Assembly (NCBI RefSeq): GCF_964355755.1
Contig: NC_092679.1
Coordinates: 9,392,201 to 9,456,200, forward strand
Origin: Antedon mediterranea
Taxonomy: Eukaryota > Animalia > Echinodermata
DNA: 64,000 nucleotides
Reading direction: 5' to 3'
Numbering within the stretch: position 1 is the stretch's first letter; each line of letters opens with the position of its first letter. Position numbers and translations under genes: made by a program. Under the pieces are notes generated by a model. The model saw nothing but the letters and a program-made list of their open reading frames with translations. It was not told the DNA's origin and did no database searches. Positions 63,328 through 64,000 of the stretch are shown here, piece after piece.

Positions 63328-64000
63328 CGAAAATCACAAAATGGTCTAAAACGTCTCCAAATGCGATTTGAAGCTATTTTAAGCACTTTGGTGTTTTTAT
63401 GTTACCAAGTTTTTTCGAAAATCACAAAATGGTCTAAAATGTCTCTAATAGCGATTTTAAGCTATTCTGTACACTTTGATGTTTTTATGTTAACAAGTTT
63501 TTTCGAAAATCACAAAATGGTCTAAAACGTTTCCAAATGCGATTTGAAGCTTTTCTTTACACTTTGGTGTTTTTATGTTAACAAGTTTTTTCGAAAATCA
63601 CAAAATGGTCTAAAACGTCTCCAAATGCGATTTGAAGCTATTCTGTACACTTTGATGTTTTTATGTTAACAAGTTTTTTCGAAGATCACAAAATGGTCTA
63701 AAACGTCTACAAATGCAATTTGAAGCTATTCTAAGCACTTTTGTGTTTTTATGTTAACAAGTTTTTTCGAAAATCACAAAATGGTCTAAAACGTCTGCAA
63801 ATGCGATTTTAAACTATTCTTAGCACATTGGTGTTTTTATTTAAACAAATTTTTTCGAAACTCACAAAATGGTCTAAAACGTCTCCAAATGCGATTTGAA
63901 GCTATTTTAAGCACTTTGGTGTTTTTGTGTTAACAAGTTTTTCGAAATGCTCAAAATGGTCTAAAACGTTTTTAAACACGATATTAAGCTATTTTGTGCT

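Larger units (their letters stand above)
1..64000 (+). repeat. Tandem satellite DNA array, 87-88 bp monomer, about 730 head-to-tail copies in one orientation, extending beyond both window edges; probable eukaryotic (peri)centromeric or heterochromatic satellite
   Basis: The motif TTTTCGAAAATCACAAAATGGTCTAAAACGTCTCCAAATGCGATTTGAAGC recurs every 87-88 bp throughout (monomer starts at e.g. 959, 1046, 1309, 1397), with no unique sequence anywhere. The centromeric role is inferred, not shown. Confidence 0.98.

Noticed and set aside
63301-63525. 74-aa plus-strand ORF
   Set aside because: It has a TTG start, lies within repeat monomers and depends on the same TTACC variant, so it is not a gene.
1-64000. 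CRISPR-like array
   Set aside because: There are no unique spacers, the entire unit is repeated with point variants, and no cas genes or leader are present.
1-64000. Transposon insertion, inversion or telomeric repeat
   Set aside because: I found no non-satellite sequence, LTR/TIR/TSD, strand switch or telomere-type short repeat anywhere in the window.
1-64000. Tandem tRNA, 5S or snRNA gene array suggested by the ~88-bp unit
   Set aside because: The unit is 31% GC with no cloverleaf, no convincing A/B boxes and no recognisable RNA family motif.
1-64000. Assignment to a named satellite family or species
   Set aside because: I do not recognise the consensus with confidence, and a database search is required.

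Overview
The whole 64 kb window is one uninterrupted, head-to-tail, single-orientation tandem satellite array, about 69% AT. The monomer is 87-88 bp with consensus CGAAAATCACAAAATGGTCTAAAACGTCTCCAAATGCGATTTGAAGCTATTCTGTACACTTTGATGTTTTTATGTTAACAAGTTTTTT, present in roughly 730 copies. I see no genes, RNA genes, transposon insertions, inversions or CRISPR spacers, and the listed ORFs are by-products of the repeat. The structure is hierarchical. A divergent two-monomer cassette (87+77 bp) punctuates the array into variable-length higher-order repeats (HORs). Nested near-identical duplications have offsets of 88, 340, 440, 512, 600, 1114, 2340, 5009, 7363, 26249 and 50999 bp, and shared variants let several of them be ordered in time. 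There is also an older, more diverged island at about 44.6-55 kb, one patch that appears to come from elsewhere (41.26-41.43 kb), one complex out-of-register repair scar (48.64-48.83 kb), three independent 10-bp deletions, and CpG decay at all three CpGs. A eukaryotic centromeric or pericentromeric satellite is the most likely identity, but this is inference and I cannot name the species or family. Offsets were counted by hand from marker positions, and block boundaries are approximate to about one monomer or more.
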